Below, piece after piece: positions 50,620-62,096 of a DNA stretch of 64,000 nt. A program made the translations under genes and the position numbers. This DNA is from Candidatus Thorarchaeota archaeon. Its GTDB lineage: Archaea > Asgardarchaeota > Thorarchaeia > Thorarchaeales > Thorarchaeaceae. The notes under the pieces were generated by a model, which was given only the letters and a program-made list of their open reading frames with translations, was not told the origin of the DNA and made no database searches. The first letter of the stretch is position 1, and each line of letters begins with the position of its first letter. Location: assembly GCA_963726195.1 (NCBI GenBank), contig CAVSBO010000007.1, positions 32,001 to 96,000 of the forward strand, in the 5' to 3' direction.

Positions 50620-51705
50620 TTGAGAAGAGTGTCTGAGTTCAACGAGATTTGGAGCGAGGAAGGTGAACTCGTCAATCGTGCCCTAGGCGATTATCTTGAG
50701 GCGAAGATTACCGAGGCCAAGAAGCTTAGCAGTTCTCTGGCACAGTATTATCAGAATCTAAGAGATTACGTAATGCGGGGCGGAAAGAGACTGCGACCCG
50801 TGCTTGTAGCGGCTGGCTACAAAGCAATACGCGAGAAACTGGAAGTGAAGGACCTCTACAGAACTGCATGTTCCGTCGAGATTCTACACAATGGCTCACT
50901 GCTGCATGATGACCTAATCGACCATGACGAGACTCGGCGCGGGGGACCGACGTTCCATGCACTATATCGAGACTTGTACGCCAAGGCCTCCAAGAATTCT
51001 GAAAAGGCACGTGACTTTGGGAGTGCAATGGCAATTATCGGCGGTGACACACTTCTCAACATGGGTGCTGACGCGATTGGGTCTTCGAATCTGGATCCAA
51101 AGGTTGCCGTGCAGTGTCTCCGCTACTACCAACAGGCGTACCAGACTCTCGGAGACGGTGTCTTGCTCGAAACAAATATGACGCATGAGCGCGACACGAC
51201 AGCCGAAGCGTATCTGCAAATGGTTCGTATGAAGACCGCTGTGCTTTTTGAGAACTCTTTGCAGATTGGTGCTACCATTGCTCGTGGGACACAGTCTCAA
51301 ATCAGCGGCCTTCGTGACTTCGGAATGAAAGTGGGTCAAGCCTTTCAAATGCAAGATGATATCCTCGGCTCCTTTGGTGATGAATCGGTGACTGGAAAAG
51401 CTGTCGATAGCGATATTCGCGAGGGAAAGAAGACAATGCTTGTCATCGAGTCTTATCGGAGAGGGAGCGCCGAGCAGAAGAAAACACTCGATGGCTTGCT
51501 GGGAATGAAGGATATAACTCCGAAACAGGTAGAGCAGGTCAAGAGTGCGTTCCGAGACTCCGGAGCATTGAAGGCCACTCAGGAGACGATGGAAAAGCTG
51601 CTTGTAGCCGGGCAGAAAGCTCTCGACACCAATCCGCCACTGACGCCGAAGTACAAGGCGTTCTTAATCAGTCTCTCACACTTCATCGTAGAGAGGAGTT
51701 TCTGA
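50620..51705 (+). CDS. Polyprenyl (geranylgeranyl) diphosphate synthase
   Basis: GGKRLRP, LHDDLIDHDETRRG, KTA, FQMQDDILG, SDIREGKKT. Confidence 0.92.
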   Translation: MRRVSEFNEIWSEEGELVNRALGDYLEAKITEAKKLSSSLAQYYQNLRDYVMRGGKRLRPVLVAAGYKAIREKLEVKDLYRTACSVEILHNGSLLHDDLIDHDETRRGGPTFHALYRDLYAKASKNSEKARDFGSAMAIIGGDTLLNMGADAIGSSNLDPKVAVQCLRYYQQAYQTLGDGVLLETNMTHERDTTAEAYLQMVRMKTAVLFENSLQIGATIARGTQSQISGLRDFGMKVGQAFQMQDDILGSFGDESVTGKAVDSDIREGKKTMLVIESYRRGSAEQKKTLDGLLGMKDITPKQVEQVKSAFRDSGALKATQETMEKLLVAGQKALDTNPPLTPKYKAFLISLSHFIVERSF

Positions 51706-51751
51706 AAGGGAAAATCAATGTCCGAGTGATGCGTCGCTGAGTAATGCAATC

Positions 51752-52384
51752 TCAAGAGCTCGCGTATCCACTCTCAATAAGACGAAGGCTAAGCAGCAGC
51801 AAATTCTCTCCCTTTGAGTTCAGGATCCTTTGCATGGGCTCACTCATAGACGGGGTGTTGGAGCGAACATAATCGAGGAATCCTTGTCTTGACTCCATAA
51901 GTGCCCTGCGCATCTCTGCAGCCTGTCTTGCTAGCACTTCTCGTGCTTTCGTATCGAGGGCTCGGCCTCCCAGTAGCTTGCCCCTCATGGTATTAACGAG
52001 GTCCTCAGCCATGGCTCTAGATTCACTCACAAGTCGTTCGTCAAATCTCTTGGGAAGCCTCTCTGGCTTTGTGTGAATTGCAGAATCTTCAGATGTTGTC
52101 TGAGCAGATATCCGCTGAAGTCTGTCCTCCAGTCTGTCCTCTACTACGAGCCTCTTCCAAGCCCTTCTGCCAAGGAACTCGAGCGGCGCCACGTAACCCT
52201 TCGAATGCATTCTGGACAGAATCCTTCCAAACTGCTCCTTGGTTACGACTGAGTTCGGGCCTGACATAATGAGAAACTTCTGGAAAATGACGTCCTCGAA
52301 TTCGATAATCGCGGATCCGAACGAGTGGACAACGCTTGTTTCAATGCCGTTCTCCCTTTCTTCCGCTGCGGCATTCTCCGACAT
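51752..52384 (-). CDS. Hypothetical protein
   Basis: 210-aa ORF, helical; no motif recognised. Confidence 0.55.
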   Translation of the reverse strand: MSENAAAEERENGIETSVVHSFGSAIIEFEDVIFQKFLIMSGPNSVVTKEQFGRILSRMHSKGYVAPLEFLGRRAWKRLVVEDRLEDRLQRISAQTTSEDSAIHTKPERLPKRFDERLVSESRAMAEDLVNTMRGKLLGGRALDTKAREVLARQAAEMRRALMESRQGFLDYVRSNTPSMSEPMQRILNSKGENLLLLSLRLIESGYASS

Positions 52385-52535
52385 GATTCAACCCCAAACG
52401 CTGAAACGCCAAAACATAGGTCACCAACGCATATGAAGATTATCAAATCCTGCGAAGTAGTGAAAAAGAGCCACGCGGAAGTGCTCATCGCGACAGTTCT
52501 GCGTTTCATGACAGGTCAGACTGATGGGGACCCAC

Positions 52536-52576
52536 AAAAAAAAGAGTGAAGCAGACGGGTACTGCCCGTCCACTCC
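52536..52576 (-). terminator. Hairpin plus U8 terminator
   Basis: Minus strand GGAGUGGACGGG-CAGUA-CCCGUCUGCUUC, then ACUC and U8, 10 nt after the stop of 52587..53630. Confidence 0.7.
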
Positions 52577-52586
52577 ATTTGACGCC

Positions 52587-53630
52587 TTACTTCTTTCTAA
52601 GGAAGTACACTAATGCGATTATTACGACTACTGCGACAGCTCCTATGCCAAGATAGAGAATCCAGTTGACTGCACCGATAGTCGGAGCAAGCTTCATGGC
52701 CCAGTCGATAGTCTGCTTGACTAGATTGTAACCGGTCAAGGTCACGTTCTTGTACGATGAATCGTACATCGGCTGGTAATCAGCATAGGGGTTCGCACCA
52801 GATACAGCAATGATTCCGGTCTTGTTGCCGCCTGCGTTGATCTCAACACTCATCGCCGTGAATGATCCTACCTGACCCTGATAATGAGCGACAGGTCGAA
52901 TAATATCTGCATCAACAATGTGCGCAGACGCTCCGTAGTAGAGCACTGGGTACACGTTCGCGATAGTAGTGTTCTCCAGACTGACCGCGCTGCTGTTCAC
53001 GTGTCCAACTGTGCTGCCATAGACGCAAGTTGGGCCGTGCATCAAGACCTTAGTCACACCTGTCACCAAGCTGGCAACGTAGGGATCTGTGCTGGTCTTG
53101 TTGGCAACTGCTCGGTATGCACTGGCGCAGTTCGACTTCGGATCCTCCACGGATGTAGGCTCCAAGTAGACGTGTGAGCCAATCGAATCGAGGATCTTGG
53201 ACATGTTGCCGTTAATGTAGTTCCAGCCGGCAAAGTCGGAGTCTCCACAAATCCAGATGAACTTGTTACCTGAGTTGAACCATTTGGCGATGGCACTAAA
53301 CTCAGCAGCACTGAAGCTTTTCGAGGTTCCGTATATGGCACCGATTACTAGTCCTGTTGCATTGGTAAGAATGGTAGAGTTCAATCCGCCCTTAGCCCAA
53401 ACCACCGTATATCCCATTGCGGTCAGGTTGGCCTGCAGCCGAGGATCTTCAATAGCATGAATGCCATTGTAATCCTGTCCGTGCGAGAGGTCAAAGACGA
53501 TTGTTCCTCCCGCAGCGCGAGCTGGAACGGGGGCCATACCCACTACAATGAAAGATGGTAGGAACAGGGCCGCAACGACTAGGATTGTACCAATCCTGTG
53601 AATGTTGTTTCCTGCTCTCACTATAGACAT
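52587..53630 (-). CDS. Secreted membrane-anchored protein (GldG/DUF4350-like, GATase-like fold)
   Basis: Signal peptide, IVFDLSHGQ, FSAAE..AI..WF..G, many sequons, C-terminal TM plus RKK. Confidence 0.65.
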   Translation of the reverse strand: MSIVRAGNNIHRIGTILVVAALFLPSFIVVGMAPVPARAAGGTIVFDLSHGQDYNGIHAIEDPRLQANLTAMGYTVVWAKGGLNSTILTNATGLVIGAIYGTSKSFSAAEFSAIAKWFNSGNKFIWICGDSDFAGWNYINGNMSKILDSIGSHVYLEPTSVEDPKSNCASAYRAVANKTSTDPYVASLVTGVTKVLMHGPTCVYGSTVGHVNSSAVSLENTTIANVYPVLYYGASAHIVDADIIRPVAHYQGQVGSFTAMSVEINAGGNKTGIIAVSGANPYADYQPMYDSSYKNVTLTGYNLVKQTIDWAMKLAPTIGAVNWILYLGIGAVAVVVIIALVYFLRKK

Positions 53631-53922
53631 CTCCTCCTCTTCTCCTCAGAGCGAGGCATTGAGAGGATGACCTCGGGTAGTCAGGTGTACTATTTAGCCT
53701 TTTAGGGACAACACAGACACCACGAACAGCGGCCTATGGCGATAGCGTCATCCTAGCCAGTGTTTCTGTTGGCGGTGTTCAGATGTAACAGCTTTCACAT
53801 ACTTCAACGACATCGTCAGTGACAAACCTTTAATATCGCCTCTCGGCCTGTTGTTGATTGAAGGACGAGCAAAAGGGATGACAGTACTCTCCTCTCTTTT
53901 GGATGAAATCTAAAGGCGGTGT

Positions 53923-55347
53923 TTGATTATGTCCTCAGGAGAATTACAGGCTGGGCGCAATGTCAAGATGATTATCATCGTTGTCGTCATCGTTGGCATT
54001 TTGGGCGTGGCGGCAGTCGTTACTGTGCTGACTCCCCCTCAGCAGAACGCCGGGCAAACGCTGACGATTCTTACGCGACACGATACGTCAATACAATCAG
54101 TCTATGAAGAGGCGTTTCTAGCAACTGACTTTGCTAAGGCGAACAATATCAAGGATATCATGTGGAAGACACAGGACGGTGCGTTCTGGGACCAAGTCGT
54201 AAAGGCTGGAGGCGTCGACGTTCTTTGGGGAGGAGGACCCACGCTGTTTGATCAGATGCAGCGAGACGGCAACCTAGAACCCTTGAACAGTACCCACATG
54301 CTGAGTGTTCTGGCGAGAGTCCCGAATGAGATAGCAGGAGCTGACATGAAGCGAAATAACACCGAGAACCAGACGATATGGGTGGCCGCCGCAATCTCCT
54401 CTTTCGGCTTTACCATTAACAAGGCATTTCTCAGTGCTTACGGTTTACCGACACCAAAGAACTGGACGGACTTGGCACAGCCGATTTGGGGCAGTCTCCT
54501 GCCCACTGCGACAATCGCTATGGGGGATGCCCCAAGGACCACATCGAACACAAGAATCTACGAAATAATGACTCAAGGTATGGGATGGAATGCCGGATGG
54601 GTCAATCTGGCTCGAATGGCCGGCAGTGCTAGGCTCTATACAGGCTCTGTTGAGACTCAGGCGGGAGTGGAGAATCAACAGGTCGGTGTAGGTATGTCAA
54701 TCGATTACTACGGCTACAGTTCGCAAGTGAACAACCCACAATGCCAGTACGTACTCCCGGAGAATCAGACGATTGTCAACGGGGACCCGATTGCGATTGC
54801 GAAAGGCACATCAAAGCTGGCACTAGCTGAAGGCTTCGTTGATTTCGTGCTATCGGCCGAAGGCCAAGCATATTGGTTTACTGCTGGAATCAACCGGATG
54901 CCAGTTCTCGAATCAGCGTTTCAGACGGCCACAGGAAAACTGCACCCTGATTTGTACGCAGCGTTCAACAAGACAGTGACCAATCATGGCATTGATTTCA
55001 ACGACACGCTGTCCCTTCTTACGAATGCCGCCTACATATTCTACTTCGAAGCAGTATTCAACAATGCTCACGACAAGCTTGAGGCGACTTGGAAGGCATT
55101 GGTTGACGCGTACTATAAAGGGAACATCACACCCACGCAGCTGGACATGCTAGCCACGAAAATGGGCACGCCCGTGAACGTAACCGTTGACAGCACTGTA
55201 CATCAGTTCACAATCCCATACGCAACGCAAATCAACGACAACATTCTGAATAACGATGTCTTCCGGTACAACATGCAAACACTGTGGACCGCTGCAGCGA
55301 ACGCACAATATGATGCGGTGTATGCCGAGCTGCTCTCAATGATATAG
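53923..55347 (+). CDS. ABC transporter substrate-binding protein (Fe3+/thiamine AfuA-like)
   Basis: N-terminal TM, ILTRHD, DVLWGGGP, PKNWTDLA, GDPIAI, FVDFVLSAEGQ. Confidence 0.85.
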   Translation: MIMSSGELQAGRNVKMIIIVVVIVGILGVAAVVTVLTPPQQNAGQTLTILTRHDTSIQSVYEEAFLATDFAKANNIKDIMWKTQDGAFWDQVVKAGGVDVLWGGGPTLFDQMQRDGNLEPLNSTHMLSVLARVPNEIAGADMKRNNTENQTIWVAAAISSFGFTINKAFLSAYGLPTPKNWTDLAQPIWGSLLPTATIAMGDAPRTTSNTRIYEIMTQGMGWNAGWVNLARMAGSARLYTGSVETQAGVENQQVGVGMSIDYYGYSSQVNNPQCQYVLPENQTIVNGDPIAIAKGTSKLALAEGFVDFVLSAEGQAYWFTAGINRMPVLESAFQTATGKLHPDLYAAFNKTVTNHGIDFNDTLSLLTNAAYIFYFEAVFNNAHDKLEATWKALVDAYYKGNITPTQLDMLATKMGTPVNVTVDSTVHQFTIPYATQINDNILNNDVFRYNMQTLWTAAANAQYDAVYAELLSMI

Positions 55348-55383
55348 ACCATAGGAGGTACTGGGCCGCCCAAGTAGCTGGAC

Positions 55384-57426
55384 GTGGACAAAGTGGCACA
55401 AGTCTCAGAAACAACAGAATCGGAACCTACCGGTACTGAGATGTTAAGACGAGAGAACCTCTTTGTTGCCATCCTCCGATTCTTGGGTGGCCTAGTCATA
55501 GGTCTGTTCAAGGGCATCGCATTACGCATCATTGGATTCGTCAAGTGGACTTGGCGGGGTATCGAACGTTTGGCCGGCTTTCTGCACAGCCCCGCGAAGA
55601 ACACAGGGATCCTTTTTCATAAGTTCAGGTCCAGTATGCACCAATTCAGGCGAGAGATGGACTCACTCTCTTGGGTTCAGCTAACGGCCATTTTAGTGGT
55701 CTTCGGACTGTTTCTGATTGCACCTCTCCTCAAGGTCGTTGTCGGGTCTTTCGCGATTCAGGATGGCCAACTCGTACTCTTTCTCGTTTTGAACAACCCA
55801 GCCTTCGTACCACAATGGTCTCCAGCCGACTTTCAGATAATCCGACCTAGCCCAAGTGGTATTGTGGAAATATGGGGAATCGACTTGGGCATAATCCTGA
55901 ATTCTCTGTACGTGGCTGCTGTTGTCACCTGCGTTACCGTAGTACTTGGCACTTTCTTCGCTTACCTGATTGCCCGATATGATTTCCGCGGAAAGTCGAT
56001 ACTTCGAACAGTGCTTTTGTTCCCAATGTTATCGACACCATTTGTAGGTGCCATTGGAATAAAGTGGTTCTTGGGCGGGAATGGATTTCTGAATAACCTT
56101 GCATCTGCGGCCTGTTCATGGTTCGGCTTGACGTGGACGCGGATTGAGGTCCATGGTCTGGCCGCAATAATACTGGTGCAGAGTCTGTCCCTTTTCTCTC
56201 TCGTGTACTTGAATGCATATTCCTCCTTTGTAGCCATAGACCCATCCCTTGAAGAACAGGCGGAGAACCTTGGTGCCAAAGGCTTCACACTGTTCAGGAC
56301 CGTTACGCTTCCGCTCGCAATGCCTGGCATCCAGGCCGGAGCGATACTGGTGTTTATCTTAAGCATTGAAGACTTGGGAACTCCTCTTGTCTACTCTGAA
56401 GATCTGCAGGCCCAGCATTGTCTCGCATATCAAGTATTCAACAACATCACCGCTGAATCAGGTACAGTAAGCCCTATCGGCCCCGCCATCGGAATGATTC
56501 TCCTGACATTCGCTCTCTTGGGTTTCCTAGCCATCCGCAAATATGCTGCTCTCAGGAGCTACGCATCAACCAGTAAGGGTGGCCAATGGAATCCCCGGAC
56601 AAGAAGGCTCAGCGCGAGAGCAACGCTCCTTCTCTACGCCCTTGTCGTACCCATCCTGCTCTTTGCTCTTATTCCTCAGCTGAGCGTCATTCTGCTCGCA
56701 TTTGCCGAGTATCGGTCCAGTGCATTGTTTCCTCCATTGACACTTAGTAACTTCGCCATACTCGGAAATCCAGACATTCAGGGTTCAATTACGAGGACAC
56801 TCAGCTATGCGGGAATCGCGTGCTTCGGCATTGTTCTATTGGGTGTCTCCGCCGCCTACATAATATCGCGACGGAAGATTCCGGGGCGCACCGCACTTGA
56901 CCTGCTTGTCACTTCACCCATCGCGATTCCAGGCATTGTGATTGCCACAGGCTACTTCACGCTCTTCTACAATACTCCTTTCTTCCCTAGGGATGCACCC
57001 ATGTTCCTGATTGTGATGTCTTACATGGTGAGGAAGTTTCCCTTTACGGTGAGGGCCGCATATGCGGGGTTGCAGCAGACCCCCGTGGTCATGGAAGAGG
57101 CGTCTCTCAATGTCGGGGCGGGTCGCAATACTACTTTTGCGAAGATTGTGGTTCCTCTGATAGGCTTGAGCGTGCTCGCGGGTGCCCTTCTGTCATTCGT
57201 ATACTGCGTCAGTGAGGTCAGTACAAGCCTGTTGCTCGGCGCAGCAAATTACTACCAAGCCCCTCTTACTTATTGGATAAACGACACACGAGCCGGACTT
57301 CCTCCGACACTAGGGATTGGCCCGGCAGCGGCCCTTGGTGTACTGATGATGAGCATGCAGATGGTCGTGATAACGGTGACTAACAGGATACTCAAGACCA
57401 GAGCCTCGGCGATGACCGGCATATAG
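55384..57426 (+). CDS. ABC permease (FbpB/AfuB-like, two TM modules)
   Basis: IDPSLEEQAENLGA and EEASLNVGA EAA loops. Confidence 0.9.
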   Translation: MDKVAQVSETTESEPTGTEMLRRENLFVAILRFLGGLVIGLFKGIALRIIGFVKWTWRGIERLAGFLHSPAKNTGILFHKFRSSMHQFRREMDSLSWVQLTAILVVFGLFLIAPLLKVVVGSFAIQDGQLVLFLVLNNPAFVPQWSPADFQIIRPSPSGIVEIWGIDLGIILNSLYVAAVVTCVTVVLGTFFAYLIARYDFRGKSILRTVLLFPMLSTPFVGAIGIKWFLGGNGFLNNLASAACSWFGLTWTRIEVHGLAAIILVQSLSLFSLVYLNAYSSFVAIDPSLEEQAENLGAKGFTLFRTVTLPLAMPGIQAGAILVFILSIEDLGTPLVYSEDLQAQHCLAYQVFNNITAESGTVSPIGPAIGMILLTFALLGFLAIRKYAALRSYASTSKGGQWNPRTRRLSARATLLLYALVVPILLFALIPQLSVILLAFAEYRSSALFPPLTLSNFAILGNPDIQGSITRTLSYAGIACFGIVLLGVSAAYIISRRKIPGRTALDLLVTSPIAIPGIVIATGYFTLFYNTPFFPRDAPMFLIVMSYMVRKFPFTVRAAYAGLQQTPVVMEEASLNVGAGRNTTFAKIVVPLIGLSVLAGALLSFVYCVSEVSTSLLLGAANYYQAPLTYWINDTRAGLPPTLGIGPAAALGVLMMSMQMVVITVTNRILKTRASAMTGI

Positions 57427-57427
57427 G

Positions 57428-58594
57428 GTGACAGTCATGGTAACCATACGCCTAGTCAACTTGAGAAAGACATTCGGTGACGTTGTGGCCACTGATGACG
57501 TCAACATGGAGCTTGAGGAGGGAAAGCTAACCACATTGCTCGGCCCCTCAGGCTGCGGCAAGACCACGCTACTCAGGCTGATTGCTGGATTCTACTTTCC
57601 AGACAGAGGACAGATCTTCTTCTCTGACAGAGATATGACGGAAGTTCCCCCGAACAGGCGGAACACCGGCATGTGCTTTCAGAACTACGCGCTCTGGCCC
57701 CACATGACCGTTTTCGACAATATTGCCTACGGACTCAAGATGAAGCGAATCAATGGTATGAAGTACACGCCTGCTGCGATATCTCGACGTGTGGAGAAAT
57801 CACTTGAGCTCGTCCACATGGAGGGCTTGGCCAATCGTACTCCTCATCAGCTAAGTGGAGGTCAGCAGCAGAGGGTAGCGCTCGCCCGGGCTCTAGTCAT
57901 AGAGCCAGATGTCTTGCTTCTCGATGAGCCACTCTCAAACCTTGATGCCAAGCTCAGACATGAGATGCGAGAGGAAATCATGCGCATTCAGAAGGAGCTA
58001 GGTATCACGACAGTCTATGTCACTCATGATCAGAACGAGGCGCTCAGCATATCTGACATGGTAGCAGTCATGGACAAGGGATACATTCAGCAGTATGGGT
58101 CGCCAAGAGAGATTTATGCTAAGCCCCAGACTATCTTTGTTGCTGACTTTATCGGTAAATGCACTTTTGTAGACGCAGAAATCGTCTCATTAGGGGAGTA
58201 CATCAAAGCCCGTCTGCCAGACGGACAGATGGTGTCAGGAATAAGCCCTCTGGAAGGTTATCCATTTCAGATCGGAGAACATGTGAGATGTGCTGTTCGT
58301 CCTGAGGATCTACAAACCATTCGCACTGATGCGAGTGATAATGAGATTGCAGGTATCGTCGACGAGGTTGTCTATGTGGGTAGCAATCTGGAGGTTCACT
58401 TTAAGGTGGGTGACATCGATGCAGTATCCCTACTGCCCCAAGACGCTCCGTGCTGCAAGGGCGACAGAATCCGACTGTTTGCGCCCAGAGCGAACGTGAT
58501 GGTCCTGCCTCTCGGAGGTGTCGACGCGCTCAGAAAGATACCTGGTCATCCTCTCTACAACCAACCGTCGGCTGCTTCTTCGAGTGCCGCATGA
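57428..58594 (+). CDS. ABC ATP-binding protein (PotA/FbpC-like, TOBE)
   Basis: GPSGCGKT, FQNYALWPH, LSGGQQQRVALAR, DEPLSNLD. Confidence 0.93.
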   Translation: MTVMVTIRLVNLRKTFGDVVATDDVNMELEEGKLTTLLGPSGCGKTTLLRLIAGFYFPDRGQIFFSDRDMTEVPPNRRNTGMCFQNYALWPHMTVFDNIAYGLKMKRINGMKYTPAAISRRVEKSLELVHMEGLANRTPHQLSGGQQQRVALARALVIEPDVLLLDEPLSNLDAKLRHEMREEIMRIQKELGITTVYVTHDQNEALSISDMVAVMDKGYIQQYGSPREIYAKPQTIFVADFIGKCTFVDAEIVSLGEYIKARLPDGQMVSGISPLEGYPFQIGEHVRCAVRPEDLQTIRTDASDNEIAGIVDEVVYVGSNLEVHFKVGDIDAVSLLPQDAPCCKGDRIRLFAPRANVMVLPLGGVDALRKIPGHPLYNQPSAASSSAA

Positions 58595-60607
58595 TGACAG
58601 CGACGCCACGCCTGAATGCCATCATTTCTTTGCCATCTAGAATGGCCCTCCCGGAACCTAGCAATTCCCCTCTGGAGTCGAGCACTAGCACTTCCTCTCC
58701 AGCCTTGAGATGCGGGTTGGCTCGTTTGACGAACTTGGTCATCACAGATTTGCCCTCCGCTACGAACGGCGCAGCATCGTCGTCAACCACGACCCTGTAA
58801 TCATCTATCAAGCCCGACTTCAATAGGAGCCTACCGCCATCGTATGTGGGAGTCAACAGCCCGTTAGTTGGGACCAGCGTAAAGAGTACTTTGCCCCCTC
58901 GCATGATGTGTCGTATCTTGCCTGTCGATGAAGAAAGGGTGATCTCTAATTCATCGAGTCCGAGACTGTCTATGTCTTTCACATCCCACTGAAAGGCGCA
59001 GATGCCTGCTATCATTCTTCTCTGCCAAGAGGCATGCGGATGGCTCGCTGCCGGCAGGGTCTGCAACAGCTCGGAAACCCCTGACACCTTCGTTAATCTA
59101 TCAGCTAGTCCGGTTGCCGATAACAGCAGATTGGTCGGTGTCTCTCGCGACACCCATATGCAGGCATTGAATTGGATGGTATTCAACAGTCTGCTCAGGC
59201 GTTCCCCAGCTGCAGTCAGACACTCAGAATCCACAGTCGCAGGAAAAATAGTCTGCTGGGCAGGGTAGACATGCTCCAGTTCCCATGGTACCACTCCTAG
59301 AGGTGTCACATAGAAAAGAAGCATCTCAGCAGGATCGCGAATCTTCACTTCGTTCTCAATTGCCTGATTGGTCTCTGAGAACGGTTTCGTACCCATATCA
59401 GGCACTATCACAAGTACCTCGGTTCTTCTGTATGGATAGCGCTCGAGAATCCTGTCTTGGAACGTTCTAAGTAGCGGGTGATTTGCTGTCTCAGGACCTG
59501 TATAGAACACAGACTTCGAGTCCGCACTAGGCGCCGACGATTGTATGTTTCTCATTTCATGAAGAAAGACTCTTAGGGCATCAATGAGTGCTGGGTGGCT
59601 CCGGGCGCGCAACGCAGCCAGCTCTAACAGATTGCCATCAGTGATGGCCTGTCTTATTCTCCTGATCTCGGCAGCGCTGACATACAGGTTGTGTTTTGTA
59701 AGAATGAGTGCTTGGGCGGCCTTGTCAAGGGACAACAGCTCCTCGATTGTCGTGTTGTTGCAAGCAGGGCATTCACATGGAAGCTCTCGAAGGTCGCTTA
59801 GATGGACAGTCCCGGTGGGAAACAGCATTCGACCCGATTCCGCGAACTTGGCATATGATGCCGAGTCGAAGAGGTCGCAGCCCATCAATACCGCCTGTGC
59901 AAAGAACATGGGGTGGCCACATCCGAAGAGGTGGACGGGACGTTGAGGTGGAAGACGAGGCTTAGCCGCGAGGGTCGCTCTCACTATGTCAGCGTAACGG
60001 TACTGCTCCATAAGAGGCACGAGACCGCCAATAGGATGAACGTCGAAATCTAGAGGTGCCATCTCGTCCGCTGCTCGGATTCGCAAATCTGTGTAGATGC
60101 CACCTTGGATTGTGCCGGCAAGAAGCATGTCTCCCTTCTGGCCGACCGACATCCGGGCTCTCTCTGTAGACACACTAACGTCCTGCTCAACTTTCGCCCG
60201 TGTAGCACTGGGATCCGAAAACGTGTCCAGGATTGTCCCGACATCCGACGCCGATCTGCTGTTGGAAACTTACTATGTCTACGGGGTCAATCTCTCCCTC
60301 AGGAAGACCGTGAGTGTACATCTGGAATGTTCCAGAGTCTGTCATGATAGGCCCGTCGAAGTTGAGAAGTGAATGCACTCCATGGCCAAGAGCCACATCT
60401 CTGAAGCGGTCTGTGGACTTGATTATGTATGCGTTGGTTATAATCATCTGGAACTTGAATTCGGACATGAGCTGGCTCGGTGACACTTCTGATTTTCCGG
60501 GATGCACGACCGGCATCAATGAGTGGTGTTGTTACTGTCCCGTGCTTGGTCTCGAATCTCCCAAGCCGAGCCAGTCCGTCCTTGGCACGAATCTCAAAGT
60601 GGCTCAA
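58530..60607 (-). CDS. tgtA: Archaeosine tRNA-guanine(15) transglycosylase with C-terminal PUA (several indels 60185-60520)
   Basis: KDGLARLG, ITNAYII, TDSGTFQ, IQGG, HLFGCGHP, DLFDSASY, CECPAC...HNL, PUA (VVDDDAAPFVAEGKSV). Confidence 0.9.
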
Positions 60608-60703
60608 TCAGAGTTCCTCATGTGGCATCTATTGACTTGCGCGAGAGTTTCGCTCCAAGCATCAATCAATCGATTTAAGACCATATGCCTCAAGCTAAAG
60701 TCA

Positions 60704-62030
60704 ATGGGTTCCATAACTGCACTCCTCATCCAGCACAGATACGCGCGCGATCCGGACCTGCTGGGAGAGTTCGAGGCGTTAGCCAAGACGGCAGAATACA
60801 ACGTAGTTGGAACCTTCGATGTTGTGGGGCCTTCTTCAGCGCGTTTCGGACTCAGAGGAGGCAAGGTCGAGGAAATAAAAATCTGGATTGAAGCCCAGAA
60901 GCCCGACCTTGTGTTCTACTCTCCTAGCCTCAAATCAAGCCAAATGTACAGGTTGAAGGAAGAATGGAAGACTGAAGTGAGAGATAGGACCCAGCTAATC
61001 CTAGAGATATTTGACAAGCACGCAAGAACCCCTCAGTCCAAACTGCAGATTGAACAGGCAAGGCTGAGCTATGAGCTTCCTTTCGTGCGACACCAGCTGA
61101 ACGAGCATCTGGACAAAGAACGGTCTGGTCCCAGACCAGTTGGCCAAGGGATTGGCCCAGGTGAGGACCCCCTCAATCTGAGATTCATGGAGATAAGACA
61201 TCGCATCGCAACCATCGAGGATAAGCTCGAGAAGATATCGGACGAGTCCGAACTGAAACGGAAGAGGCGAGTTGACTCGGGTTTTCTTGAGGTCGCTCTT
61301 GCTGGCTATACTAATGCGGGCAAGAGCACCCTTCACCGTGCTTTGACGGGGTCACAAGTGGAGGTTGCAAACGGGCTCTTCACAACGCTCTCTACGAAGT
61401 CATCTGACTTAGCGATGGATGGTCGGCAGGTTGTCCTCACAGACTCTGTGGGTTTCATAAGTGACCTTCCGAAGTCTCTGCTCCGCGCGTTCAACACTAC
61501 CCTGATGGAGATTGCGGACGCAGACGTCATTCTTCTTGTTGTGGATGGGTCTGATTCCGTGAGCGAAGTCCGACGAAAGGCAAACGTCTGCCTGGACACG
61601 TTCACAAGAATCGGGATCAACGGGATTCCTATAATCACTGCGTTGAACAAGGTTGACCTTATTGATGAGGCCGGTATCGAGCAGAGAATCTCCGCACTTG
61701 ACGGCATCGGCTTGCAGGTAATCCCAGTCTCCGCAATGAACTATGACCAATCTTCCAGCGTTGATCGGGGTAATTGAGAGCCTGCTCCCGATTCTATCTG
61801 TCTATTCAATCGATCTGCCCTATGGCGATTCGACTATGTCGCTCATCTCTTGGTTGCATCAGGTTAGTGATGTTCTCAATCAGGAGTTCAAAGAGGATCG
61901 CATCGAGATTGAAGCCAAGCTGAGTCTTGATGTCGCCCAAAAGCTGCTCAAGATGCTTCCACCCGGCGCGATTCGGAAACTGGAACCACAGTCTAACCAC
62001 GTGCCTCAGCCCAGTAATAGGGACGAATAG
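60704..62030 (+). CDS. hflX: GTPase HflX (indel near 61740)
   Basis: DRTQLILEIF, KLQIEQA, GYTNAGKST, LFTTL, DSVGFI, NKVD. Confidence 0.92.
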
Positions 62031-62096
62031 TTTGTGCACTTAGGAAACTGTTTTTAGATGCAATATCGATGTCTCAGCACAATCGAGGCTTTCATC

